Source of the DNA: Candidatus Multivorans sp. | GTDB lineage: Bacteria > Acidobacteriota > Thermoanaerobaculia > Multivoradales > Multivoraceae | Direction of reading: 5' to 3' | NCBI GenBank assembly: GCA_965224025.1 | Contig: OZ245033.1 | Span: 4,544,001-4,608,000, forward strand | Length of the DNA stretch: 64,000 bases | In this document: in pieces, positions 10,268 through 19,883 of the stretch | Layout: each line of letters begins with the position of its first letter | Numbering within the stretch: the stretch's first letter is position 1 | The notes under the pieces: generated by a model | What the model was told of the DNA's origin: nothing | What the model saw: the letters and a program-made list of their open reading frames with translations, nothing else | Databases searched by the model: none | Translations under genes and position numbers: made by a program

Positions 10268-12841
10268 TTACGGGGATCCGAAGCGAGCGTCGTTCAGACG
10301 CCAGTAGTCGTCGGACCCCTTCAACTTGTCCAGCGCCGCATTCTTCTGCAAGACGTCCCATGGCGTCTCGCCCTCGGCATTCCGCGCCGTCGCGTCCGCG
10401 CCGGCATCCAGCAACGGACCGACCAGTCCCGGTTCCAGAATCAGTCCAAAGTCCGACCGGGCCCATGCATGCAAAGACGTGTCGCCTCCCAGGTGCCGGG
10501 CATTCGGATCGGCGCCAGCGGCGATCAGTGCCTTCACGGCGTCCGCTGTACCGCGCTCGGCAGCGACATGCAGAGGAGTCGTGCCCAATTCGGTTCGCGC
10601 ATTCACGCCGGCGCCGGCAGCGACCAGAACCTTCACCAACTCCGAGACGCCGTCCAGGACAGGGAATCGCAGCGGCGTGTACCGACGGTGGCCGCCGAGG
10701 AGAACTGCACGACGCGACTGGACCGCGTACGCCTTGGGACGGAGGCCTGCCACAGCCAAGTGCAGAGGAGTCGTTCCCGACTCGGTAGGCGCATTCGCCT
10801 CGGTGCCGGCTGCGAGCAGACCTTTCACCAACTCCGAGATGCCGCCCAGGGTCACGGACCAGCCGAAGATGCCCCCCAGCGGGTAGGTGCGACTCGTACA
10901 AGGTCGCAGAGGTGTGCGCTCAGGAGTCATGGTTCGCGCACTCGGGTCGGCACCGGCAGCGAGCAGCACCGTCAGCAACTCAAGGTAGCGGGCAAAGGCC
11001 CGCAGGACCGCGCCCGATTCGCCCCTCTCTTTGCCGTCGGCGCCCGCGACCGTCCGCGCCCTTCCCAACTCCGAAGCACCGAAGACGACACCAACGTGCA
11101 GGGGCGTCGCGCCGAACTCACTTCGCGCACTCACGTCGGCGCCGGCACCGAGCAGCGCCTGCACCGACTCAGCGCAGCCGTAGCCGGCAGCGACATGAAG
11201 AGGCGTCCATTCGGACCAGGCAGTCGGCACATCTTCGAGCCAGGAAGCCAGCTCACAACGGTCGACCAGATCCCACCGGGATACGCTCTGCGCCGTCTCC
11301 GCACCGACCTGGTCGATGTAGTGCAGGAGTTTCGAGTCGCTTGCCGCACGGATCGGATCAGCGCCGGCAGCAAGCAACGCCTCCATCATCTCTACCTTGC
11401 CGACCGCGGAATGCAGGGGCGTGTGGCCTGTCCCGCTCTCCACGTTCGGATCAGCGCCAGCAGCGAGCAGCGCTCTAACCACCTCAAGGTGGCCGTAGGC
11501 GGCAGCCAGGTGCAGAGGCGTTTCGTCGAAGTCGGCAAGATCCTCTTCGTCCTGGGCCTTCGCGTTCGGGTCGGCACTCACGGTGATCAGGGCCTGAACC
11601 GACTCAAGGCTGCCGCTCCTGGCAGCACGGTGCAGAGGAGTCTGGCACCAGCCGTCCTGGGCCGCCGGATCAGCGCCGGCAGCGATCAGGAGCCGGACAG
11701 CCTCCGGATTGTCCGTGGCAGCGCGGTGCAGAGGAGTCTGGCCCACGCTGTCCCGCGTATTCAGGTCAGAGCAAACTGCGGCCAACGCCTCCACCGACTC
11801 CGGATCGCCCTCCTCGACGGCAGCATGCAGAGGCGTCGCCGCAAAGTCCCCGACACCGTATGCGTTCGGGTCGGCACCGCCAGCAAGCAGCGCCCGCACC
11901 GCATCAGTACCGCCGCTTCCAGCAGCACAGTGCAGAGGCGTGCCGATGTCGTCCCCGGCACACTGCGCGTTCGGGTCGGCGCCAGCGGCCAGCAGCGTCC
12001 TCACGGCCTCCAAGTCGCCCTCAAGGGCGGCATCGTGCAGTGGCGTCCAGACGGCCTCGTCCCGAGCCAACAAGCGGGCGTCGTTCAGACGCCGATAGGC
12101 GACCGACCCCTCGACCTTGTGCAGGGAGGGGTTCTTCTCCAGGAGGTCCCAAGGTGTCGCGCCCTCGGCATTCAGTGCCGCGGCGTTCGCACCGGCATCG
12201 AGCAGCACACAGACCGAACTTTCGACACTCACGAAGTCCGACCCGGCCCACGAATGCAAGGGAGTGTCACCGTAGGGGGTGCGGCAGTTCGGGTCGGCGC
12301 CGGCAGCGATGAGCGCGCGCACAGTCTCCGGGGTTCCGTGTTCGGCTGCATGATGCAGCGGTGTCTCACCGCTTACTGTCCGCGCACTCAGGTCGGCCCC
12401 AGCAGCGATCAGAACCGGCACAGCATCCGAGTGGCCCCACCCGGCTGCAAGATGCAACGGCGTCTCACCGTGTTCTGTCCGCGCATTCAAGTCGGCGCCA
12501 ACGGCGATCACGAGCCCAAGAATCTCCGTCGCATCATCGCGGACCGCCTCGTCGCGAGCCGCCTCGTGAAGAAGCGTGCCCTCCCACCCGGTTGAGAGAT
12601 TCGGGTCGGCGCCACCAGCGATCAGGGCCTGCATCAACTCAAGACGCACCGGATCGGACGGTTCAAGCTCGCAGTCGAAGGCAGCAGACCAAAGTGGCGT
12701 CTGGGAGCCCCCATCCACCGCGTTCGGGTCGGCGCCGACCGCGAGGAGGGCCTTGGTCAATTCCAGGTTGCCCTTCTCGACAGCCACATGCAGCTCCGTC
12801 AGGGAACGTGCGTCCCGTGCGTCAGGTGGCTCGCGCTTCAT
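10268..12841 (-). CDS. Large ankyrin-repeat protein copy C (857 aa, no signal peptide seen)
   Basis: More than 15 TPLH...GADPN repeats; same C-cap as A and B plus a second internal copy of the cap. Confidence 0.92.
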   Translation of the reverse strand: MKREPPDARDARSLTELHVAVEKGNLELTKALLAVGADPNAVDGGSQTPLWSAAFDCELEPSDPVRLELMQALIAGGADPNLSTGWEGTLLHEAARDEAVRDDATEILGLVIAVGADLNARTEHGETPLHLAAGWGHSDAVPVLIAAGADLSARTVSGETPLHHAAEHGTPETVRALIAAGADPNCRTPYGDTPLHSWAGSDFVSVESSVCVLLDAGANAAALNAEGATPWDLLEKNPSLHKVEGSVAYRRLNDARLLARDEAVWTPLHDAALEGDLEAVRTLLAAGADPNAQCAGDDIGTPLHCAAGSGGTDAVRALLAGGADPNAYGVGDFAATPLHAAVEEGDPESVEALAAVCSDLNTRDSVGQTPLHRAATDNPEAVRLLIAAGADPAAQDGWCQTPLHRAARSGSLESVQALITVSADPNAKAQDEEDLADFDETPLHLAAAYGHLEVVRALLAAGADPNVESGTGHTPLHSAVGKVEMMEALLAAGADPIRAASDSKLLHYIDQVGAETAQSVSRWDLVDRCELASWLEDVPTAWSEWTPLHVAAGYGCAESVQALLGAGADVSARSEFGATPLHVGVVFGASELGRARTVAGADGKERGESGAVLRAFARYLELLTVLLAAGADPSARTMTPERTPLRPCTSRTYPLGGIFGWSVTLGGISELVKGLLAAGTEANAPTESGTTPLHLAVAGLRPKAYAVQSRRAVLLGGHRRYTPLRFPVLDGVSELVKVLVAAGAGVNARTELGTTPLHVAAERGTADAVKALIAAGADPNARHLGGDTSLHAWARSDFGLILEPGLVGPLLDAGADATARNAEGETPWDVLQKNAALDKLKGSDDYWRLNDARFGSP

Positions 12842-13030
12842 GGGCCGGAGGCAACCCTACCGGACGCTTGGCGCCGCCAACGGCGTCGGCCTTACAGCGG
12901 TTGACCTGCCGGGCCAGGGACTTGGCCGCCTTCGCCAGCAGCCGGCGAGATCGTTCGCGTGACCAGTTCTGTGGCCGGCAGAGTCGGCGGCAGCACAGGT
13001 GCAGACCATCGCACCTCGGCGATGCGGCCG

Positions 13031-13585
13031 TCAGGAGAAGACGCGTGGGACGAAACCGGTCTCGTTGATGGTGCTTGCGCTGCTCCCGGTCGCCCGGATC
13101 ACGAACAGCCCCTGCCGCTCGGCGTAGACGCCGACCGTGCTGTCGCTCCTGAGATAGGCCACGGCGCCGTACACGGCGTGCCTCCGGTACTCGGGGCAGA
13201 ACTCCAGGAATCGCTTCAGCTTGTCCAGGAAGCGGGTCACGTCTTCCGACCGGAGAGTCGTCTTGACCTCCACGACGACGACCTCGGCTCCGTTGATCGC
13301 CAGAATGTCGATCTCGAAGTGCTCGCCGTTGCGCTTGCCGGTGACTCGCTGATAGGTCCGCTCAACGGCGATACCGCGCTGCTTCAGCAGCGGCACGAGG
13401 TCGCCATCGACAAGGCTCTCCATCAGCTTGCCCCACTGCGAGGTGAACAGGGCCTCCGCTTTCTTCAGCCGACCGTCCGTCTCCTTCATCTGCAGCGCGG
13501 TCTCCTGCTGCATTGCCGCGACCCGCCGCAAGGTCTCCCGAATCTCAGCGAAGCTGGACGGGTCGTTCGCTCCAATCGTGCTCAT
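13031..13585 (-). CDS. Coiled-coil + PD-(D/E)XK nuclease-like protein (DUF3782-like)
   Basis: Q/E-rich coil, then WGKLMESLV, EIDILAING...VVEVKTTL; start MSTIG after AGGAG-like RBS. Confidence 0.75.
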   Translation of the reverse strand: MSTIGANDPSSFAEIRETLRRVAAMQQETALQMKETDGRLKKAEALFTSQWGKLMESLVDGDLVPLLKQRGIAVERTYQRVTGKRNGEHFEIDILAINGAEVVVVEVKTTLRSEDVTRFLDKLKRFLEFCPEYRRHAVYGAVAYLRSDSTVGVYAERQGLFVIRATGSSASTINETGFVPRVFS

Positions 13586-13718
13586 GCTCCTTCGTTCTCC
13601 TCCCTCTTGGGGCGGAGGTTCCGCGGTCGGGGCCCCGCGACCACGCAAAGTCGGCAGGGAAACCGGAGAAGGCCGGCAAGGGACAACATCGTATCCAAGT
13701 CCTGCTAGCTTCCGCCGC

Positions 13719-14735
13719 ATGGCACTCAAACTCGGACTACAGCTCGGCTACTGGGGCGCCGGACCGCGCGCCGACTTCCTGGACACCGCCATCGAGGCGG
13801 AAGCACTCGGCTACGACTGCGTCTTCACCGCGGAGGCCTGGGGCTCGGACGTGTTCACGCCTCTGGCCTGGATCGGCGCCCACACTTCGAAGATCCGCCT
13901 CGGCACCGGTATCGCGCAGATCTCGGCCCGCACGCCGGCCGCTACCGCAATGCACGCGATGACCCTGGACCATCTCTCCGAGGGTCGGGTCATCCTCGGC
14001 CTCGGCGTCTCCGGCCCCCAGGTCGTCGAGGGCTGGTACGGACAACCCTTCGGCAAACCCCTCTCCCGCACCCGCGCCTACATCGAGATCATCCAGAAGA
14101 TCCTCGCCCGCGAAGAGCCCGTGACCCAGCACGGCCAGCACTACCAGCTCCCCTACACCGGCGACGGTTCCTGGGGCCTCGGCAAGCCGCTCCGCTCGAT
14201 CGTCCACCCACTCCGCTCCGACCTGCCCATTTTCCTCGGCGCCGAGGGCCCGAAGAACGTCGCCCTTGCCGCCGAACTCTGCAGCGGCTGGCTACCCCTC
14301 TACTACTCGCCCTACCGCCCCGAGGTCTACGCCGAGTCGCTCGCCGGCCGCGGCAACGGCTTCGAGGTCGCCTACGGCGCCCGCCTCCGCGTCCACGACG
14401 ACGTCTCCGATGCCCTCCTCCCGATCAAGCAGTCCCTCGCCCTCTACGTCGGCGGCATGGGCGCCAAGAAGCGCAACTTCCACCGCGAACTCATGGCCCG
14501 AATGGGCTGGGAGGAAGAGTCCTTCCGCATCCAGGAACTCTTCATGACCGGCAAACGCGAAGAGGCCGTCGCCGCCGTCCCCGACGACTTCACCGACGAG
14601 ATCTCCCTCGTCGGGCCGCCCGAACGGATCAAGGACCGCCTCCAGGCCTTCGAAGACAGCGACGTTACGACGCTGCTCGTCGGCGCCGCCAGCAAGGAGG
14701 AGCTGCGGCAGGCCGCGGAGATCGTGCTGGGCTAG
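13719..14735 (+). CDS. LLM-class F420-dependent oxidoreductase
   Basis: AEAWGSD, ARTPAATAM..TLDHLSEGR.ILGLGVSGPQVVEGWYG, GAEGPKN. Confidence 0.9.
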   Translation: MALKLGLQLGYWGAGPRADFLDTAIEAEALGYDCVFTAEAWGSDVFTPLAWIGAHTSKIRLGTGIAQISARTPAATAMHAMTLDHLSEGRVILGLGVSGPQVVEGWYGQPFGKPLSRTRAYIEIIQKILAREEPVTQHGQHYQLPYTGDGSWGLGKPLRSIVHPLRSDLPIFLGAEGPKNVALAAELCSGWLPLYYSPYRPEVYAESLAGRGNGFEVAYGARLRVHDDVSDALLPIKQSLALYVGGMGAKKRNFHRELMARMGWEEESFRIQELFMTGKREEAVAAVPDDFTDEISLVGPPERIKDRLQAFEDSDVTTLLVGAASKEELRQAAEIVLG

Positions 14736-14766
14736 GCCCGGGCGTCGGCGGCACCCGCCCGCTTTC

Positions 14767-14932
14767 GGGGCTCCAGAGGGGGGTCCTCCCAGGTGCCGCT
14801 CGCGCTTGGTCGGAGAATGGAGGGAGGAGCGCTCACTGCACTCCGCTCGCTTCGGCCAGTCGTCTGTTAACTGTGAGGACGTCGCGCGTCGCTCGCTCCG
14901 AGCCACCTGGGAGGACCCCCCTCCGGAGCCCC
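14767..14932. repeat. ~166-bp palindromic element with 29-bp terminal inverted repeats
   Basis: GGGGCTCCAGAGGGGGGTCCTCCCAGGTG (14767-14795) pairs with CACCTGGGAGGACCCCCCTCCGGAGCCCC (14904-14932), one mismatch. Confidence 0.75.
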
Positions 14933-15075
14933 TGGGCGGGCTGGAGGACGTGCTCTCACAGCTGCCGGTGTCAGCACGTCCAACGATCTGGACGAACACT
15001 CCTAGCGACGACTCCCGCTGATACTCTTCGGCAGACCTCTTGAGGCAAGGCAGATCTCCTTCAGTTGAGGCACGG

Positions 15076-15885
15076 ATGAACGACATGCGGAGCGCCACAC
15101 AGGAGCGACTCTTCGGGGCCGTCGACGCAGCCAGCGCAGAGCCAGCTAAGCGAGTCCAGGGCGGTGAACCCAGTACAGACCTCACCCTGTCGGCATACAC
15201 AGGAGGCAACGCCGACGTCTTTCCGCGCGTGCTGGGACTACATGTGGCTCGCGGCTCAATCGTCGCAGATGTGACTTACGGCAAAGGCGTGTTCTGGAGA
15301 AACGTACCCTCCGACGCCTATCGACTCAGGGCCACCGACCTACAGACTGGCGTTGATTGCAGGGACCTCCCGTACGCGGACAACTCCATCGACTGCGTCG
15401 TGCTTGATCCTCCATACATGGAAGGTCTCTTTCGCCGCGCCACGGACCAGATGGCCGGTTCCGGCAACTACGCGGCCTTCCGCGACCACTACTCCAACAG
15501 CGAGGCCACGCCCGATCAGCCGAAGTCGGGACGCTGGCACGCCGCCGTCCTCCATCTCTACTTCTCGGCCGGCAGGGAGGCCCACCGGGTTCTGCGGCCA
15601 ACCGGAACGCTGATCGTCAAGTGCCAGGATGAGGTAAGCGCCAACCGGCAGAACCTCACTCACGTCGAGATCCTCAACGAGTACGCCGAACTGGGCTTCT
15701 ACGCTCGCGATCTCTTCGTCGTCGTCCGCGCCAACCGCCCGGGGGTCAGCCGGATCAAGACGCAAGTTCACGCCCGCAAGAACCACTCCTACTTTCTTGT
15801 CTTCGAGAAGATGAGGCTGGCCGCCGACGCGAAGACCTATCGCTCTTCGCCGATCTCTCGCAACAGCTCCCAAGGCTCCTCGTAG
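15076..15885 (+). CDS. Amino-DNA methyltransferase (m6A/m4C)
   Basis: DVTYGKG SAM-binding motif I followed by DPPY motif IV; [16 protein letters not shown]. Confidence 0.85.
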   Translation: MNDMRSATQERLFGAVDAASAEPAKRVQGGEPSTDLTLSAYTGGNADVFPRVLGLHVARGSIVADVTYGKGVFWRNVPSDAYRLRATDLQTGVDCRDLPYADNSIDCVVLDPPYMEGLFRRATDQMAGSGNYAAFRDHYSNSEATPDQPKSGRWHAAVLHLYFSAGREAHRVLRPTGTLIVKCQDEVSANRQNLTHVEILNEYAELGFYARDLFVVVRANRPGVSRIKTQVHARKNHSYFLVFEKMRLAADAKTYRSSPISRNSSQGSS

Positions 15886-16643
15886 AACGGCGGTTCCGGC
15901 GGCCATGTGACGGAAACCAACGTCGCGAGCAGGTGCCGTTTCTGGTACTCGGTGTAGCCACGATAAGAGGACCGTGGCAGGTCACCGTTCTTGGCGAAGA
16001 TGAAGCGCCACTCGTCACCAAAAGCGAACAGGTTCACGGCCAGAAGGTCGAACTGGCCAGCCAACAAGCATGTGGTCGCAAGTTCGGAACCGTCCGGTAG
16101 TTGAACAGAGCGTCGGTCGCTCGCGTCGACCTGAGTCTTCCCGGACCACCCGGTCTCCGTCTCTCGAACCGAATTCGTTTGCAACGACTTCAACTCCACG
16201 ACGAACCGCCGGCCAAGGTACGTGATGACGCGGTCACCCTTCCGCCTCCGGTCATGATCATCGTCCTTGTGAGAGGCAGTCACCTGCTCATGGCTCTCAA
16301 GCAGCCCTGCAAGCTTCTGCTCTGCAACGTAGCCGAGCAACATTCCCCTAAGGCTCGGGTTCTCGTCGACCACCGCCGTCAACTCCTCCGCCGAGAGCTC
16401 CCAACGGTCCAAGACCGTATCGTCCGATCCGACCAGTCTTCTGAGGAACGCCGACGGCTCGCAGTCGAGAACCTCTAGGATCTTGAGGAGTTCGGCCACA
16501 TCCAAGCGTCGTTCGCCCCTCTCGTACTTCGAAACGAACGACTGCGGCCGGTCCAGTTGGGCCGCCAGGTCCTCTTGGCTGAGCCTTCTGAGCGTCCTCT
16601 CGGCGCGCAACAACTCGCGAACACGACTGCGGGGTAGGTGCAT
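15837..16643 (-). CDS. XRE helix-turn-helix / putative type II restriction endonuclease fusion
   Basis: N-terminal [29 protein letters not shown] (controller-like HTH); C-terminal GD...[10 protein letters not shown]-(D/E)XK-like; convergent with and overlapping the MTase. Confidence 0.75.
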   Translation of the reverse strand: MHLPRSRVRELLRAERTLRRLSQEDLAAQLDRPQSFVSKYERGERRLDVAELLKILEVLDCEPSAFLRRLVGSDDTVLDRWELSAEELTAVVDENPSLRGMLLGYVAEQKLAGLLESHEQVTASHKDDDHDRRRKGDRVITYLGRRFVVELKSLQTNSVRETETGWSGKTQVDASDRRSVQLPDGSELATTCLLAGQFDLLAVNLFAFGDEWRFIFAKNGDLPRSSYRGYTEYQKRHLLATLVSVTWPPEPPFYEEPWELLREIGEER

Positions 16644-16694
16644 ACGGGTGCACGTTAGCCGCAAGCCCAAGGCAAACCCAAACCGGGTTTTGTC

Positions 16695-18064
16695 GAGCTA
16701 CTGCCAGAAGTTGTGGATCCGTTGATGTAGATCAGGCGGCGTATCCTCCTGGGTGTTCAACTGAATACCCGGTCGGATACCGGGAGAAAGGACACGCCGC
16801 CCGATGCTCAAGATACTGGAAACCGTACCGGAGGGGAAAGTCCCCTCGACGCTCGACGAGCTGGCCCGCGAGGGTGCTCGCCGGATGCTGATGGAGGCGC
16901 TGGACGCCGAAGTCGCCGACTACGTGGAGAGACACCGGGCCGAGCGCGGCGCCGACGGTCGGGCTCTGGTGGTCCGCAACGGCAGAGGCCAGCCGCGGCA
17001 GGTGACGACGGGCGCAGGCACGGTGGAAGTGCAGGCACCGCGCGTGGATGATCGGAGGCCTGACCATCGCTTCACCAGCACGATCCTCCCGCCGTACATG
17101 CGCCGCTCGCCGAAAGTGTCGGAGGTGCTTCCGGTGCTGTACCTCCGGGGCCTGTCGACGGGCGACTTCAAGGAAGCGCTCGGCGCGTTGCTGGGGGACA
17201 AGGCCTCGGGCCTGTCGGCTTCCAGCATCACGCGGATGACGTCGGCCTGGGAGGAGGAGTACCGGTCCTTCCGGCAACGAGACCTGAGCGCCGAGGACTA
17301 CGTGTACGTGTGGGCCGACGGCGTGCACTTCCGGGGCCGCCTGGAGGACGATCGCCTGTGCACGCTGGTCCTGCTTGGCGTGCGCCGTGACGGCACCAAG
17401 GAGCTGATCGCTGTCGAGGATGGTATCGCGAGAGCGCGGAGAGCTGGGCGAGCGTCCTGCGGGACCTGAAGCGCCGCGGCCTGCGAGCGCCGGTCCTGGC
17501 CATCGGCGACGGCGCTCTGGGCCTGTGGCGGGCGATCCGCGACGTGTGGCCCGAAACCAGGGAGCAGAGATGCTGGGTGCATCGGCTCAGGAACGTGCTG
17601 GACAAGCTGCCGAAGCGGCTGCAGGCCAAGGCCAAGAGGGCTCTGCACGAGATCATGTACGCGGAGTGCCGCGAGGATGCCGAGGCGGAGATCGAACGCT
17701 TCGCCGAGGACTACGGCGCCAAGTACCCCAAGGCGGTCGAATCGCTGCAAAGGGACCAGGACTGCCTGCTCAGTTTCTTCGACTTCCCGGCCGAGCACTG
17801 GCAGCACCTGCGCACCACCAACGCGGTCGAGTCGACGTTTGCCACGGTCAAGCTGCGACAGCGGGTCACCAAGGGCGCCGGCTCACGGACCAAGGCCCTG
17901 CTGATGGCTTTCAAGCTGCTCGACATGGCCCAGAAACGCTGGCGACGAGTCAACGCTCCGCACCTCGTCGGACCGGTCAGAGAAGGAGTACCATTCACCA
18001 ACGGAACTCAGGTCAGGAACGCTGCCTGATCAACTCGCCGATCCACAACTTTCGGCAATACCTC
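16695..18064 (+). mobile_element. IS256-family insertion sequence with frameshifted transposase
   Basis: 9-bp target duplication GGTTTTGTC at 16686-16694 and 18065-18073; IRs GAGCTACTGCCAGAAGTTGTGGATC / GATCCACAACTTTCGGCAATACCTC. Confidence 0.93.
16804..18029 (+). pseudogene. IS256-family transposase (1-nt deletion near 17424)
   Basis: LYLRGLSTGD, VWADG, IGDGALG, QRCWVH, LRTTNAVES; expected DGYRES reads GAT GGT ATC GCG. Confidence 0.88.
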
Positions 18065-18364
18065 GGTTTTGTCGGTCAATGCCCGAGACGCCCGGCACCA
18101 GATCCTCAGTCCCGTTCCAACGATTGTGTCCAGACGCGCAGCGCACGAAACCCCTTCGTCTATCGTCAGGCAACTCCACAATCGGGCGGTGAGTGATCGC
18201 CCTTTCGGGCTTCTGCCTCGTCGCTCTCAGCCCTGAGCCCTGAGACACTCACCCGAGACGATCTCTCCTCCAAGCGATTCAACCAAGCGACACTCCCGTC
18301 GCCCTGCGCTCCCTCGACGCTACCTCAAGCAACTGGCCTGCCCGGAACCACCGCCGACTACTCC

Positions 18365-19114
18365 TCAGAACGGAATGCCGTCGTCCGGTGAAGGCCCCTC
18401 TCGGTTCCCGCGGAGCCACGCCCTACCCACACTAGTCAACCGGTACGCCCGGAACGTCTCCCCGTCCCAGGTCTCATCCTCAAAGCGCTCTAGCATGCCT
18501 CTCTCTGACAACACGTCTAGGGCTAGGTTCCCATCCGCCCGAGAGAACCCTGACGCCGCCATTTTCTTGTGGAAGTCGTGCGCCACAATCCCATCGTCGG
18601 GATCAAGCACGTGTCCCAAGACGACTTGTAGTGCCACCCGCTCATATGAAGCGAGTTCCTGGCTAATCCCGACACTATCCTGAGGACCTTTCCTTCTTCC
18701 TCTTCTCTCGAGGATTGACTTGAGTCGTTCGGTCGTCCGCGTTCTGAGACGCTCGAAGTCGCTCGTCGAATGGCTCTCATACGGGATCACCTTTAGGTGA
18801 TGCACGTCGAACGGAAGCTTCTTGTCGTCCAGCCGCTTCTGGGAGCAGATTATGGCCACTTCTTCCTGGTGATACGCGAATGCGTATCCGAACTCGAACC
18901 ACACGTTGGGATTGTCAGTCGAAATCTCCGCGAGGCAAACATCTGACTCCTTGAGCTGCTTCAAGACTTCCAAGATGGGAACACTGGCGCCGCTGTCCCG
19001 GTCCACACGATACGGCTCCAGGCCAGCAGCTCTGATCGCCGGCTCGAGCACATCGTCGTACCGCTTGTCGAACTCGTCGGCGTCAAAGGGCTGAATGACG
19101 ACACATCGTGGCAT
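18365..19114 (-). CDS. Nucleoside 2-deoxyribosyltransferase-like/TIR-like domain + C-terminal winged helix
   Basis: CVVIQPF...IRAAGLEPYRVD...CLAEISTDNPNVWFEFGYAFA...LPFDV; C-terminal YRLTSVGRAWL. Confidence 0.75.
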   Translation of the reverse strand: MPRCVVIQPFDADEFDKRYDDVLEPAIRAAGLEPYRVDRDSGASVPILEVLKQLKESDVCLAEISTDNPNVWFEFGYAFAYHQEEVAIICSQKRLDDKKLPFDVHHLKVIPYESHSTSDFERLRTRTTERLKSILERRGRRKGPQDSVGISQELASYERVALQVVLGHVLDPDDGIVAHDFHKKMAASGFSRADGNLALDVLSERGMLERFEDETWDGETFRAYRLTSVGRAWLRGNREGPSPDDGIPF

Positions 19115-19500
19115 AGCGTGTTCCTCTAAGTCGAATGCAAGGCCTGCACAAGGCGCCGACTCGCTGAGCGGGAACGCATCGTATACTCCCGCCGTCGCCT
19201 CCGCTACACCCTCGCTGCTGCAGGCTGCGCGGATGACCATCCTCGCACGTCGTCAGGCTCTCAACGCGTTGTGCCACTTGCAGGCAGCGCCGGTCCAGTC
19301 CGCGTTGGCTTCGAGGGAAAGGGTTCCAGCGGGCTGGAGGCAAGTGGCTCCCCAAACCAGCCCCGCTACTGACGCCGCGGCGCAGCGGGGCCGGCCGAAG
19401 CGAGAGCTGACGTCTCCCACTTAGAGAGCGCGAGCGTCCACTTGGACCCTCCCATTCGGAGGCGGTACGACGGCAGACCGCGACGACGCCGCAATCTGCG

Positions 19501-19750
19501 CTACGCCCGCGCGAGCCGGCGGCTGTTGCGGCCGCGCCGCCTGACAGCGCGCGCGAACGCCAGGCCACGATGTGAACCCCGCAATTTTTCGGCAAGCGCG
19601 CGCGCGCCGACCCCCTCCATGGTCGCCGAGACCAAGAAGCGGTCCTCTCCCGCATGGACTACGAAGTCGCGACTAGCGCCGATGTCCGTGGCCGTGTGGA
19701 AGCCGCGGCGTGTCCCGCAAGAGCCGTCAGCGTGGACGTGCCGAGCAGGG
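19501..19750 (-). pseudogene. Relic C-terminus of an AAA/DUF4143 ATPase gene
   Basis: RGFHTATDIGASRDFVVHAGEDRFLVSATMEGVGARALAEKL (19580-19707) resembles the family's C-terminal end; recognised by eye only. Confidence 0.5.
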
Positions 19751-19751
19751 C

Positions 19752-19792
19752 AACCTTGCAATCTGTCCATTGAATGGACAATCTGCAAGGTT
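19752..19792. promoter_or_regulatory. 41-bp palindrome, putative operator
   Basis: AACCTTGCA-ATC-TGTCCATT-G-AATGGACA-ATC-TGCAAGGTT between the divergent ATPase relic and abiEi. Confidence 0.65.
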
Positions 19793-19883
19793 ACGAAGCT
19801 CCCTTCTCTCGCGACCAGAACCACGAGGACTCGCCGGCGCGACTCAAGCAGCAACAAGTTGCCGGAGTTGATAAGTTCCCGCC

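Noticed and set aside
9902-12595. 897-aa plus-strand ORF and other long antisense ORFs (e.g. 1885-3537, 22565-24232, 32675-34807, 43255-45465)
   Set aside because: Shadow ORFs opposite motif-bearing genes, expected at high GC; no motifs
6410-12841. Diversity-generating retroelement or integron as the cause of the ankyrin array
   Set aside because: No reverse transcriptase or integrase in the window; differences between copies are not adenine-specific; no attC-like sites recognised
12904-12921. 18-bp match ACCTGCCGGGCCAGGGAC to the IS interior near 9394
   Set aside because: No IS end or extended homology; plausible by chance in GC-rich DNA
17420-17430. Programmed frameshift in the IS256 transposase
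   Set aside because: No slippery sequence, and IS256 elements use a single ORF; a simple 1-nt loss or sequencing error fits better
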